NCBI GenBank assembly: GCA_900088475.1 | Contig: FLMG01001949.1 | Coordinates: forward strand, 3,800-67,799 | Source: Hyphochytrium catenoides | Taxonomy: Eukaryota; Protista; Hyphochytriomycota | Direction: 5' to 3' | Length of the DNA stretch: 64,000 nt | Shown here: one piece after another, positions 15,501-26,776 of the stretch | Position numbering within the stretch: the first letter of the stretch is position 1 | How the letters are laid out: every line of letters begins with the position of its first letter | The notes under the pieces: model-generated | The model's input: only the letters and a program-made list of their open reading frames with translations | What the model was told of the DNA's origin: nothing | Database searches by the model: none | Position numbers and translations under genes: made by a program

Positions 15501-17952
15501 CGACATCAAAGGCGAATGTAGGGCCAACCACATGGCCCTTTATTCTCACGGTGGGGAGTTTGTCGGTTCCTTTCAAATTGACCTCAAACTTCTCGTTGAA
15601 TTCACCAAGAATATTGGAGTGGAAATAGATTTCCAGAGTCTCACTCTTTCCGCTGGGAAGAACTCCACTCGTTTTCCTGAAGCACGACCGATTAGCGAGA
15701 GGGAAAGACATCCATTGGATAAAAGGATGATGACAACTTATGATGCACCATGCAGAAGCAATCGAGAACTCTGAAACTCGCAAAGGCCTCACAGGTTTTG
15801 GGAGGCAAATTGACAAGCCAACGAATATGTTAGTTGAGAGTAGTCAGGGTCAGAGGAGGAGTGATAATCCGAAGAGCCGTATGTATCTGCTTACTTGAAG
15901 TGGAACTTGCTTCCAAACGTTGACGTATTGCCCAGCACCGTCCAGTGCGCCTCTATGTCCCCGTCGTTTTGTATGGGGATCTCGTACTTGCGATATGAGT
16001 TGATGAAGACGTCCCCCACGTCTAAACTGTCATATGGAAATGAGACCTTCGGACCAATTCCCTGACCCAACATCTGCAACTGGAGTCGGTCCTCTAATCC
16101 TGTCACCTCAAGATACGCCAATCCCTTGTAGGAGAACTCCAACTGTGGTCGAAAGGACATGGTGATCTGTAGGAGACGGCGTCAATGTAGTTACAAAGGA
16201 ACTCTACAGCTCCCAAAAGATCTCTAGAGACTAGGTAACACAGAAAGTCTCTAGAGATTAGGTGACGTAGATTATAGAAGATTAAAGAACTGGGCTAGTG
16301 AAGTGGGAAACTAAGCAGAGCAGACATCGTGGAAGGGTTAGGCACTCTGCTTACAGAGCTCTCACAATTCCTACCGTGATCTCTGATCGTGCCCAGATCT
16401 CTCCTGTCATCGGCTCAAGGGTGAAGCTATCATCAACAAAAAGCAGCTCGTCCTCTTCGACAGCAGTTCGCAAGGTCTAGGAGAACTCCTGGTCAATATT
16501 GCCAACGCCCCAAATCAAGGGAATACTGTCGAGCAATCTAATACTGACCTTATACTTCCGCCTAATAATCATCAGTTCATCCTCCAATTCATGACCATCA
16601 GTCGCCTCGGACCAATCCTGAGCCTCGACGTTTTGAATTTCAAGTGTTTTCAGCCGATCCAGCTCTTCAATGAGTCTGGAGAGTCGAGAGTCAGAAGATC
16701 AAAAGGTGAACCTAAAACGATGAAGACTTGACTACCTTTGTTTTTCCAGTTTCTCCTCAGCTGTGGTTCTGTACGTCTTCCAGGCAAACTTGACTGGCTC
16801 ATCACTCTGGTTGCAAATCTTGAACGTCTTCTTGGAAAGGAGTGAGATGAAAACGGGATCGGCTTCAATGAGAGACTCGTCGAGAGAAATAGGCAGGTTC
16901 ATCCCGCGGCCTCGAAGGTTGACAAGGCATTCATTGCGATCGTCATCGGTAATTATGAGTGCTCCGTGGGTCACTTCTGTAGAGCTAGGGGTGTAGTGTA
17001 GCTGCACCTGGATAGTGACCCCCACGTCCACCGATGCCGAATGGGGGAAGACGCGAACGCAGGGATCCATGCTGGTGAAGGTGAACTGTGAAGCTTTGTT
17101 TCCTACATTTCTGACCATAACGCACTTCGTCGTCTCCCTCTTGACGGGACAAGGGCCGAAGTTAATCTCATCCGGGAAGTTGAGGACGGCGAGTGGACCA
17201 GGGGCTTTAATAGGCACTACGAACTTTTCTCTTTCCGTGCAGAACACAAGGTCAAGGTGGTAAGGCTTCCTTTCCTTTGGTTTGAACTTGATGGTGTAGC
17301 TGACCTCCATTCCGGAGGCAATGCGGCCATCGCTACGTTCAGAAGCAAACTTTGGCGCTGATAAAGAGAAGTAAGGAGAGTCCGGGGGAATGACCTTGAT
17401 TCTTCGCGCAGTCTGCAGAGGCGCACCCATGAATTTACAAGGTGAGAGGTTAGGAATAGGCACCAGCAAGAGGGAAAGAGCGACGACGTACAACATCGTT
17501 GTTCCGTAGGTAGAGGGTCTGCTCATATTCTCCGAACGGCTCATACTCTGCGAAGATCACCTCCGGCGGGCTTGGTTGAAATAGCGGTTCGTCCACATCC
17601 ACCACTGTTGATCTCAGTGCAGATTGTTCTGAGGATTTCACAAACTGAAAGAAGTACTAGATTAAACCCTTGGCTGTCGTGGAGAGATTTTGGCGTCAAC
17701 TTTTGACTACCTCGATTATCGCTGGAGGAGGGTACTTGGCTGGCCGCTTCGGGCCTCTTATAAGTTCTTCGAGCCGTTCTGAAGGTGGCTGAGACAGTGG
17801 AGAGTGAGTTAAGGGCTGATAATGAAGCCAAAGAATGTGCATACACGTACAATTCTCTGCTTCGGAATGATTACTGTGGACTTGTCATACTTTGGATACT
17901 TTAGATGGCTTGGCAGGGGCTGCACCTGCGTCCTCCTATTGGCGGACGACAT
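565..17952 (-). CDS. HYDIN: Hydin, axonemal central-pair protein (multi-exon; tandem ASH/Ig-like domains and a central adenylate-kinase-like region)
   Basis: A chain of minus-strand ORFs joined by GT-AG introns, with repeated ASH/PapD-like units (DFG...V.L.N.G.....F.W...F.I.P..G.I.P). N-terminal 'PLFQPSPPEVIFAEYEPFGEYEQTLYLRNND' and C-terminal 'WVFYLKGE*' are typical of Hydin. The start ATG at 17952 (MSSANRRTQVQPLPSHLKYPKY) is inferred. N-gaps at 949-1007 and 4493-4541. Confidence 0.95.
4479..4606. repeat. (CT)n/(GA)n microsatellite in a HYDIN intron, interrupted by an assembly gap
   Basis: ctctctct runs flank the N-gap at 4493-4541. Confidence 0.9.
13925..13972. repeat. (CT)n microsatellite in a HYDIN intron
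   Basis: tctctctctctctctctctctg tract. Confidence 0.85.
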
Positions 17953-18828
17953 ACCTAGTTTCCCCTGGCTGACACGAGGAAGGATGGCAGCCCAGAGGAT
18001 CGTTAGAGCCTCAGCCCCAGGTCCTTCAACCCTTACGAATACTGATGTGGTGTCTCATAGGAACATCATAACCCTTGTGTGCCTCTGATGACCCCGCCCG
18101 ATTGCCGCTCGAGTCATTGAGTAGCGTTGACGCCAGGCTCTGGTCATGACATGCACATTGAAGCTTGCTCTTGCCCTGATCCTTGTGGAGGAGCAAGCGG
18201 CTCTCCCTTCTTATAGCGTCTGGGCTTCATACAGCTCTTCATACACTTGCCTTCTTGTCGGTGACTTGTTGTCAAGCAGCAGCAGTTCCCATGCTATCAT
18301 TCGCGTCGCTTCGTTTTCTAACATCAAATATCCGCAATTGGCTCTTTCAGTTCCCCCTGATTTGCTGCGCTCGGCGCAAGACGACTTTCGGACTTAGCGC
18401 AGTAACGACCACACTTCCCTGAAACATTCACCGGGAATCAATTAGATTATTTATTACTTTTCAAGGAGAAAATGCACTAGATTTCAATCTATTTCCTCAG
18501 ATGAAGAATACAGCGAAAAGCTGGAGTACGGTAACGGCTTTAGCTTTCTCTTCATATCGCTCAAGCTCAGCCATCACTCATGAACTCATGAAGCCGTGAT
18601 CCGCCGCCGTCACGCCATCGCACTTCTGAAGCAGTTCCAATATCTGCATGGCACCCTGCGTACCCTGTCGCTTCTGTCCCTGCTCGCTTAAGAAGTTATC
18701 GAGAAGGGGCACCACAGTTGTTGAGTGTCTCCTTATCCTAATTGGACTAGGATAATGCTCATGTAAGATACTCAGACAAGAAACCTCACAAGATAGCACC
18801 GCTCTACCCACAGAAATGTAAGAGAGAG

Positions 18829-21181
18829 ATGGACCTAAGGACGGTGTCTACACTCCCTAATGACCCAGAGACTGTGTCCCAGGAGGAGGATTCCTTCACT
18901 GACAGTCAAAAATGTTCCCCGAAAAAGAAGCTAGTGGATGCCAAACACTTAGCTGAGGTTCTGCTGCGGGACGCCGGTGACGTAAGCGAGACTAACGTGG
19001 TCTCGAGCAATGGAGGGATTCGCTGCCCTACATGCGGAATATCTCATCCAAACCCTGCATTGTCCCATGCATACCGCTATTGCCAATATTGTAAGCGCGT
19101 CTTACGTGAGCCACGGGACCTTCAACTCGGCCTCGCAGAAGAAGCTGGGACAGTTGTCTCCCTACAGCTCTTAATTGCAACGTATGGACACCCCGTCGAC
19201 GCCAGCAAAGCCATTGATGTGACTGAGAAGCTTCGATCTCTTATCGAAGGAACGCAGCCTCATACTTTCCTCGTCCTCAGAGCAACTCAAGACCTCCGCC
19301 TGCTCTTTGGTGACCCTTGTCCTGGAAGTGTCAAAGTAAGAAGGAAGGTCTTCTACTCTTTGGTTCCATAATTGTTCTAATTATTCAGTATCTATCGGGG
19401 ACAGACTTTAAGAGTGCGCTATCGCATGTGTGGAAGGAGGAGTGAGGCCAAGGCCAACGAGGGTTTAGAAGGCTTTCTCTTCCGAGACCTAGTCATCCAA
19501 GTACCTCACTCACAGCCCAAACTGGTCATTTACTCTGCCACGTACGGTCATCCCAATGGGGCGTCGAACGGACGAGGAATATTTGACGTGACTGAGTTCA
19601 TTCAAGGGCTGGTGGACGCCAATGGGGGTGAGTTTCTGGAGTTAGATCGGACCGTCAATTTGGATGAGCTATTTGGTAACCCCTGCCCCGGCCTCCAGAA
19701 GGTGTTCAACATAGAGTACGAGATCTTGGGTCGGTCAGGTAAGATGACGCAGATGAAAGTGTGGAAGCCTAGTATTAGACGAAGAACAAATAGTGAGCTG
19801 GTAGCATATTCATGCATAGACATAGCAAACCGCTTTGGAAGGGGATAGCTCTCCAAAAGAAATCGTAGACCGTAAGCAACGCGTGGACAAGAGTGCAGTG
19901 AAAGGTAACTTGGTGGCGCCACGCTAACCCAGTTTCTGCAGGCGAAGCCAAACAATATGAGGCTCATGGGCACCTCATCGAACCCATTGACATACAAGCA
20001 ACCCCCACTGTTGCACCCCTTCTGATCGTACTGTCAGCCACGTATGGGTTCACCAACGATATAATCAGAGATCGAGTGCAAGTGCTGAAGAAGCAGCTGT
20101 ACCAAGTACAGCTTCTGCAAGAAAAGAAGGACTCAGGAAGGGCCATTACCCTGGAGCAAAATCAGAGAATCCGAACCCGACCAACACTAGAGAAGGAGAT
20201 GGAGATGCTGCTGGGTGCTAAAACAGCATTCATTGACGTACGAGATAAGCTGCAAGAGAGAGTTGACTCGACTGGAGGGCATGAGCTCTCGATACCCACC
20301 GATGAAGACTTGAACAGCTGGTTTGGAGACCCACAACCAGGAGTTGAGCGAACTCTAAAGATTGATTACCACATCCGAGGACTCGGTAAGGTTTGCACAC
20401 CAGGACGAGGAGGAGTGTTCTATTTAGATGTACCTCTCTTTCGGGGAATAAGATAGATGGCAGTTCTGCGCTCGTCTTATTCTTATCGCTCATTGCGCTA
20501 AGCTCTTCATACTACCGCAGGCGGAACTGGGGAATCTAGTGAGATGACCAAGAGTGGTCAGCAGAAGAACTATGTCATACAGCACAAGGGCTCGCTAGTA
20601 GAGAAAGTGAGCTGGAATGGACAGCTCTTGAAGCCAGTAAGGGTGGTTGCCCGCAAGGTACATCTACCAGTGCTCCGTGCTTCTCATGATCCTTCTTTCT
20701 CTTCTCACGAACCGTCATCTCCAGGTGTTACCTATCCTGCAAGTCAACCACGCAACCTACGGTCACCCGAACAATCATTCCAAGGTATTCGATGTTACGG
20801 ATGTGGCATGCAACATTGTGCAGAAGCTTGGAGGAAATCGTTTCTTGCTTTCCAAGGAAGAAGATTTACAATCCTTATTTATGGATCCTTGTAAAGGAGT
20901 TCGAAAACTCTTGCACGTCAGGTGGGTTGTGGAGCGGTCTCGGCCATGCTGACTGCAAAAAGACGCAGGCCATGTGCTTGTGATAGGTCCTAACTACTTC
21001 TTCTAGGTATGACGTGCGAGGGCTCTCTGGCCTGATGCGTATGGAAGAAAAGGATGGCTTTCTAATTGGGGTCGTAAGATTGGGATATAAACCAAGTCAG
21101 AACGCTGAGAGAGACCCACAGGAACCCCACAAGAATCTGGACCAAACCTGTTCCAGTCACGAATCCCAGGTGGTACATTAA
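18829..21181 (+). CDS. Uncharacterised protein: CxxC..CxxC zinc ribbon + four SUEL/galactose-lectin-like (DNAJC11 C-terminal-like) repeats
   Basis: The spliced ORFs give four copies of the pattern ATYG..DVT..(L/W)F(G/M)(D/N)P(C/Q).G..K.L.(V/I).Y. N-terminal CPTC...YCQYC. Last exon from 21007 ends at TAA 21179-21181. The start codon is uncertain. Confidence 0.75.
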
Positions 21182-21557
21182 TGTCAAGCTTTGGGGTGGG
21201 AAGAATGAACGGAACTTTGTGAACGCACCCAAGAAACGCCATTCTGGGAAAGAAGACAACTTCGACTCAAAGAGAAGCGACAGCTTTGTTAAGAATCGAG
21301 GCCAAGCGCTTTGTACCCGCTCGAGACCTCGCAGATTCAGTTCTCCAACCTGCTGGAAGGAAGGTGGTGTCGACTATTTCTATTTAAATATTATTGGGGA
21401 GTGGACTCTGCAGTCAAGCTCTCCTAGGCATCACCGTTCATTACCAACTAAATAGAGAAACAGAGCGAATGGTGAGATGCCTTCACGCCATAGCCGGCGA
21501 AAGGATGTAAACAAGACAATCTGAGAGAGGCTTTCACTCTCTCAGCTCAGTATAAGC

Positions 21558-24500
21558 TTAGTTGAAGAAATATTGGCTATTGAGGATGTCCTTGAGCTCT
21601 AGATCTCCTCTCTCAGGTACAGGAGGAATAACAATGCCAGGGTAGCGCATCAGGAGACTTTCCCTCAAGTCTTCCAAAAGGGGCATCGAGTGAAGGTTGA
21701 TGAACTCCTCTCTCAAGGTCTTGTTCATCAAATCGATATCAGCAGCATGGGTCCAATAGCTGTCATGAACAGCAGCAAAGTCTATTCCCAGTTTCTCGCA
21801 GGCTAAGGCTGTCAACATCATATGTGTTGAGTCCAGAGAGTGCACATAGTTCGGGGGAAACGCTGACTTTTGGCGGGTTCCACTGACGGGCAACTGCGCA
21901 AGGTAAAGGCGCAAGAGGTAATTGAGGGAGGAAGAGAAGGGAGCTCGTAAGCAACAGGTATAAACCGTGTACGAAACATTAGAACTAGCCTTAGATAACT
22001 AAGGGGCTTACCAAGTCATCGTGGTCTGCTAAAACCACATCTTGCATCAGCGTCTTCACTTGATAGCTGCTTTTCCGGCGGTAAGGCTGAGGCAAAGACG
22101 TATAATGTCAGAACAAAGGCTTCTGTCAACTGCTTCTATGTGCCCCTGTCTTACCTGGATCACTGGAAGCCCCAGAGGAGTGACCCAGGCCATCGGCTGG
22201 TTCTCGCGGGCAACAATCTTCGCAATCTCTGCCAGCCAGTTCTGAAAATGAATGGGTGAGTCAACAGCAATAGGCCATTCAATCTGTCCATCACCTAAAA
22301 GACACTACAATCTACCAAGTAATGAAGAAAAGAGAGCTAAAGCTTAACGAAACAGTACCCACCATAATGTTTCTGGCCTTAGAGAAAAGCGAGGACATGC
22401 TGCCCATTGTAACCTTCGCAGCGTACGACGCTGCTTCATAGATTTCCCGCTCCTTCTCGGGAGTAACTAACTCTCCAGGGCCAATCAGCCTCTCTTCAAG
22501 GCGAGCTTGAATCTGCCTCCTAGCTCCAACGTACGTGACGCCGTATACACTTGTCATCACGGTCTGCTTGACGACTTTCCGGTTGATATTATTTAGCAAC
22601 AGCTTTGCAAGTCGCTTGTTTTTCTGGCCTTCAACATCGGTCTCACATGGCTCGGATTCTAGACGTCCACCCGTGAGAGGAAAGTTAGCTATCTCTAGAC
22701 GAGATTTCTATAAAGCTAAATGGAGGACAAGTTCATACCTGCATCTTTCTTAACATGTTCGTAGACCCGCTCTGCAACCCCCGTGTACACGTCTTGGGGC
22801 CGGTCTGATGGAAGTAGGTTAACCTGAAAAGCACCCAGGGAATCCCTTCCCAGCGCGGCGTAGTGCTGCAGGCCGTTGCATGACCCATCCTGTTGCACGG
22901 GAATGGAAGAGACGTACTCTGCTGGGCTCCCACTGTCAATGGCTTTGATGAGTTCCTGCGCAGCTGCGAGAGTCTGCCAAGGGTTCTCAGATTCCAACCA
23001 CCATGTTCCCTCTCCAAGAGGGTCCTCCACAGCTTTTCGGATGACATCAATATTCTCTTCCGTGAACTTCTCTCTCTCCGCGAAAGAACACTGCAAATAA
23101 AAAAGTAAGCGACAGGGTGTCAGACTCGCAGCCACTGACAAACAGATCTCATAATCTGACGATTTTCGCAAGCTCAGAGCTCCTCTACATAGTTCCTTCT
23201 TCCATCTCCACTGGTATTCTCCACTGGTATTCACCCTTTACTTTGCTTACATACCTTGTCAACGCCGTACAAGCTAGCCACATGAACCTTTAGCCACTGA
23301 AATCCCTTTTCCCCAAGCGGCTTCGCATTTGAAAACTTCAATAGTCCCCTGCAAAGGTCGGAGCCAAGATGATTCAGGTTGGGGGGCATCGTGTAGGCTC
23401 TACCACGGAAGTCCAAATTATAAGGGAAGTAGAAGGCTTCCTCGTCCTTGTACTTCTGTGCAATATCTAACTTGATCTTGCAGTCGCAACGCATCGAGTA
23501 CTTCTCTCGGTTTTTCTGTGTCACCTTGCTGTGTTGCTTTTTCCATTGGGCCAGTTCCGCTGCATCGTCGGACTCAGGCTTGGGAGGGAAAGGCAGATCG
23601 GTGTGTGACGGGATCTCGGCGAGGCCGCCTCCTCTTCTCCAAACCTCCATCACAACAGGTAAGATATCGTTGTTGATCCTCCATTTGATGGAGGCTAAGT
23701 AGTTCAAAGCTCTATACACTCCATCCATGTGGGCTTCGTTTAAAACGTCCATCTGCTTTCGTGATCCCCTTATCCGCATCACTAACGACCGCAACTGCAG
23801 ATATCCGCCGTCATTAGGCCCTGTCCATGGCTTTGGTGGAACCAACATGGGTAAATAACGTGGGCTGGCCGCCAGAGAGACCATACTATCGGCCATCAGC
23901 TTTTCGAAGACAGCGTAGTTTAATTTGACCACTCCAATCCTGCGATTATCTCGGCATATGTAGTCATGCTCGAAAGCCGGGATGATGGCCCTAGTCTCGC
24001 CGTCGTCTCCATAAATAGGCAGCTTTGCGCTGTTAAATAGAAGCTGGAGAAGCAGAGACCCAACCTTCACAAGTGCCTCCGTGTTCCAGCCTTCAGGTTC
24101 CTGATCCTTATTCTTCCGATTCAAGATCTCCACGTCACCCTCTTTTACCGCCTGTTTTTTCCCTTTCGAACTCCGGCGGGCTTTGTTGACTCGGATCTCG
24201 GTCTCAATAGCCTTACCAATTGCCAAAACTGCAGTTAGGAACTTGACCCCATCGACCTCTACCATAGCAAGGTTAAGGGTCTCATGCATCGTGATGACAG
24301 CTAGCTCTTCCATCTTGATCCAATTGAGGCGTACGGGATGGAGCAGGTACTGGCTATAGTGTTTGTGGTGTTTACACGACTTCTTCTGGCAATTCTGATG
24401 CTCTTCCTGAATTTCTTCAACCATCGGCTCAAACCAGTCCAGCAGTAGGTGTTGTCCGGTTCCCAAACTTGCTCCTTTGCCCAGGTCGTTAACAAGTTTA

Positions 24501-25368
24501 TCGCGCATCTCCATATATTGAGCGACAGCTTCATTCCTGGTCTCGATCTCAAGGGCCTCTTGACGACGAATTTTCTCCTGATCAGTCGAACCCATATATG
24601 GAACCTCTTCAAAGATTCTTGGTCGCTCCCAAGCGTGTCTAAAGTCAATGTGATTGAACTGGAGATGGTCTGACCCAGATGATGCCCGTTGATCTTTAAC
24701 TGCAGCAGTCAGCATGTCGTCAGGGCTCACAGGAAAAGCCGGTTCCATTTCTTGCAACTCAAAATCACCCTGGCTATAATCAACCAGCTCCTCTGCATCT
24801 GAATCTGCAGATAACGACGAGAACCAGAGTGAGCTCGATATGATAGGAAAGCCACCAACATCATCCCTTACCATATTCCAGCTCTGCCAGAGCCTGCAGC
24901 GCGCTAGCGTCTGGCCTATGGTTATAGCTGCCCCTATACGGGAGGTCTCTATGAGACTGATGCTCATGTAAACCGCCTCTGTCAGAACGCGAGAGGCCCT
25001 GGCCATGACCGTTGTGCGGAATATTCGTGCGCCGAAGCTCCTTCAGTACCTCTAACAACGGCTGAACGTTCAATCTCGTGGGGTAGTTGTGGTGATGATA
25101 GTCCCTGTGTGAATAAAGTTCATCTTCATAACTATCCAGTTCGTAAGCACGGGCAGAAGCTGACTGGTGTCCGATGCTTGTGTTCTTGACTGTAGACGAA
25201 CCGACGCATCGAACTACGGAGAGTGCAGTCGTGATTAACCTATGTAGTAAGCCCAAAGCCCTCCATCAACATCATAAAAGGTCACTTACTGTGCAGCCGT
25301 ACGTGCTCAGGGATTCCAGCTACCCGCTTACGATGAAGGTCTCGAACAAGCGTGGAGGCACGGATCAT
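21558..25368 (-). CDS. RPOT: Single-subunit T3/T7-type RNA polymerase, nucleus-encoded and mitochondrial (RpoT/POLRMT)
   Basis: Motif A QDGSCNGLQHYAAL, motif B RKVVKQTVMTSVYGVT, motif C VHDSYWTH; also YNLDFRGRAY, PMLVPPKPW, FPPNYVHSLD and C-terminal YFFN. Spliceosomal introns present. The inferred start at 25368 gives an Arg-rich N-terminus (MIRASTLVRDLHRKR). Confidence 0.96.
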
Positions 25369-26776
25369 GGCTCAAAAGTTGGCTCTAACAAAGACCGCCA
25401 CCGCGTATGGAAAGCGCCGAAATGTAACGCCAGAGTCGGAGCGGCACTGAGCGCAATCCTTTTACCGCATACCTTTCCAGATCTAGCCCACTAGCTTCAA
25501 GGCTCACTCATGTCAGGTTCCTAAGCTCACCTTCGCTGTGGCCGAACGTAGTAAAGATTTAGATCTAAAGGTCAATAGACAATATGAAGACGTCACTGCG
25601 TCAATAGAAGAAGGTGCCCTGAGAGCTTGGAGAGGAGAATGACAGGAGGAGAGGTGAAGACTGAGCGCTAGTGATCAGAAGCCGTCGAGATCTGTCTTCT
25701 TCTTGAGGGCCTTTTCCTATCGGTTGAAAGCGATCGCCGCTTCCACTTCTCTTACGCTCGCTCACTAGTTCTCAGAGTCTCTGTCTCTGTCGTAGCTTCA
25801 TCAATTACTTGTCGGGACAGTCTCTCTTTTTGATTCTGTCTCTGTGCCTCGTTTCTCTGTCTCGCATTCTGTGCTCTGTTCTTGTTGTTTCGTCCAAGTT
25901 GGTGGAGGCGAGGCGCTGTCTGCCCGAAGCCTCTCGCCAATGAAGAGGCAGCACAGTCATGCGGCGAAGGAGTAGGACATATCGAAAGGCGTAGGTCTCG
26001 TAATTATTGAGCGCCGGCTAAGGATCCGGAAGGGAAACTCAGAAGATATAGGGCACTTGGTAGGAGATGTGGAAGAAGGTGGAAGGGGCCAGGTAGGCAC
26101 TGTGAATGGAACCTTCAAGAAGAAGGACAGCAAACAGCAAAAGCGACCCCACCCATCCTCATATCACACACTCGATAACCGCGGTTTGTTACTCAAAAAA
26201 TAACTAGATGTGCAGTGTGATCACCGCACCGAATGTGCATGGCCCTTATTCCAGAGCGCGCTCATTTCAGGCAAATCATTTTGAATTGGGATGATTGTAT
26301 CTTGCTGTGTGTCCTCTCTATATGTAGAGCTTGATGTCTTCAATCAATTTCCTGAAGAGTCAAAAGGCATTAGAAACGACAGCATGTTCTTGATGTGATG
26401 AGGCTCGGCGTTCCTCATCGTCTGGCAAACACAACGATGACCAGCGAACGGGGCAGTTCTCGGTGTAGCGAGTGGATGTATTTACCGCCAGGATTCTCTT
26501 GCTCTGACAAGTGGCTAACAGTAGGCCACAGCAGCAATGACATACGTCCTAGGGCAGGCCTGCTGCTGCTCGTATGGGTGTTGAAGTAGCTGGTGCTGCA
26601 TCATCTGTCTTGGTCCGCTGGCCTGCTGCAAAGGCCATGGAGCAACCATCAATGTACACCGAGATCTTGCTTTCTTACAATTAGCCTGCTTCTCTTACGC
26701 AAATGGCGAGAACCTCATACAGTAGACAGTTGGTGGGCGCTTTGCTCTAAGGCAGCCGCGTGAGACGCTTCCCAAA

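Noticed and set aside
16205-16270. Short imperfect direct repeat (tctctagaga.taggt.ac twice) in a HYDIN intron, considered as an introner or MITE
   Set aside because: There are only two local copies, no terminal inverted repeats, and I saw no similar sequence in other introns.
21558-25368. T7-like RNA polymerase as a prophage, viral insert or recent HGT
   Set aside because: It has multiple spliceosomal introns, a presequence-like N-terminus and no viral neighbours; it is the ordinary nucleus-encoded mitochondrial enzyme.
26174-26184. 11-mer GATAACCGCGG shared with 59224-59234, both intergenic
   Set aside because: Many shared 11-mers are expected by chance in 64 kb, and the flanks do not extend the match.
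25500-26770. Hidden small gene or ncRNA between the divergent RPOT and TBC1D23 genes
   Set aside because: Only short low-complexity ORFs are present, with no tRNA/snRNA features I can recognise.
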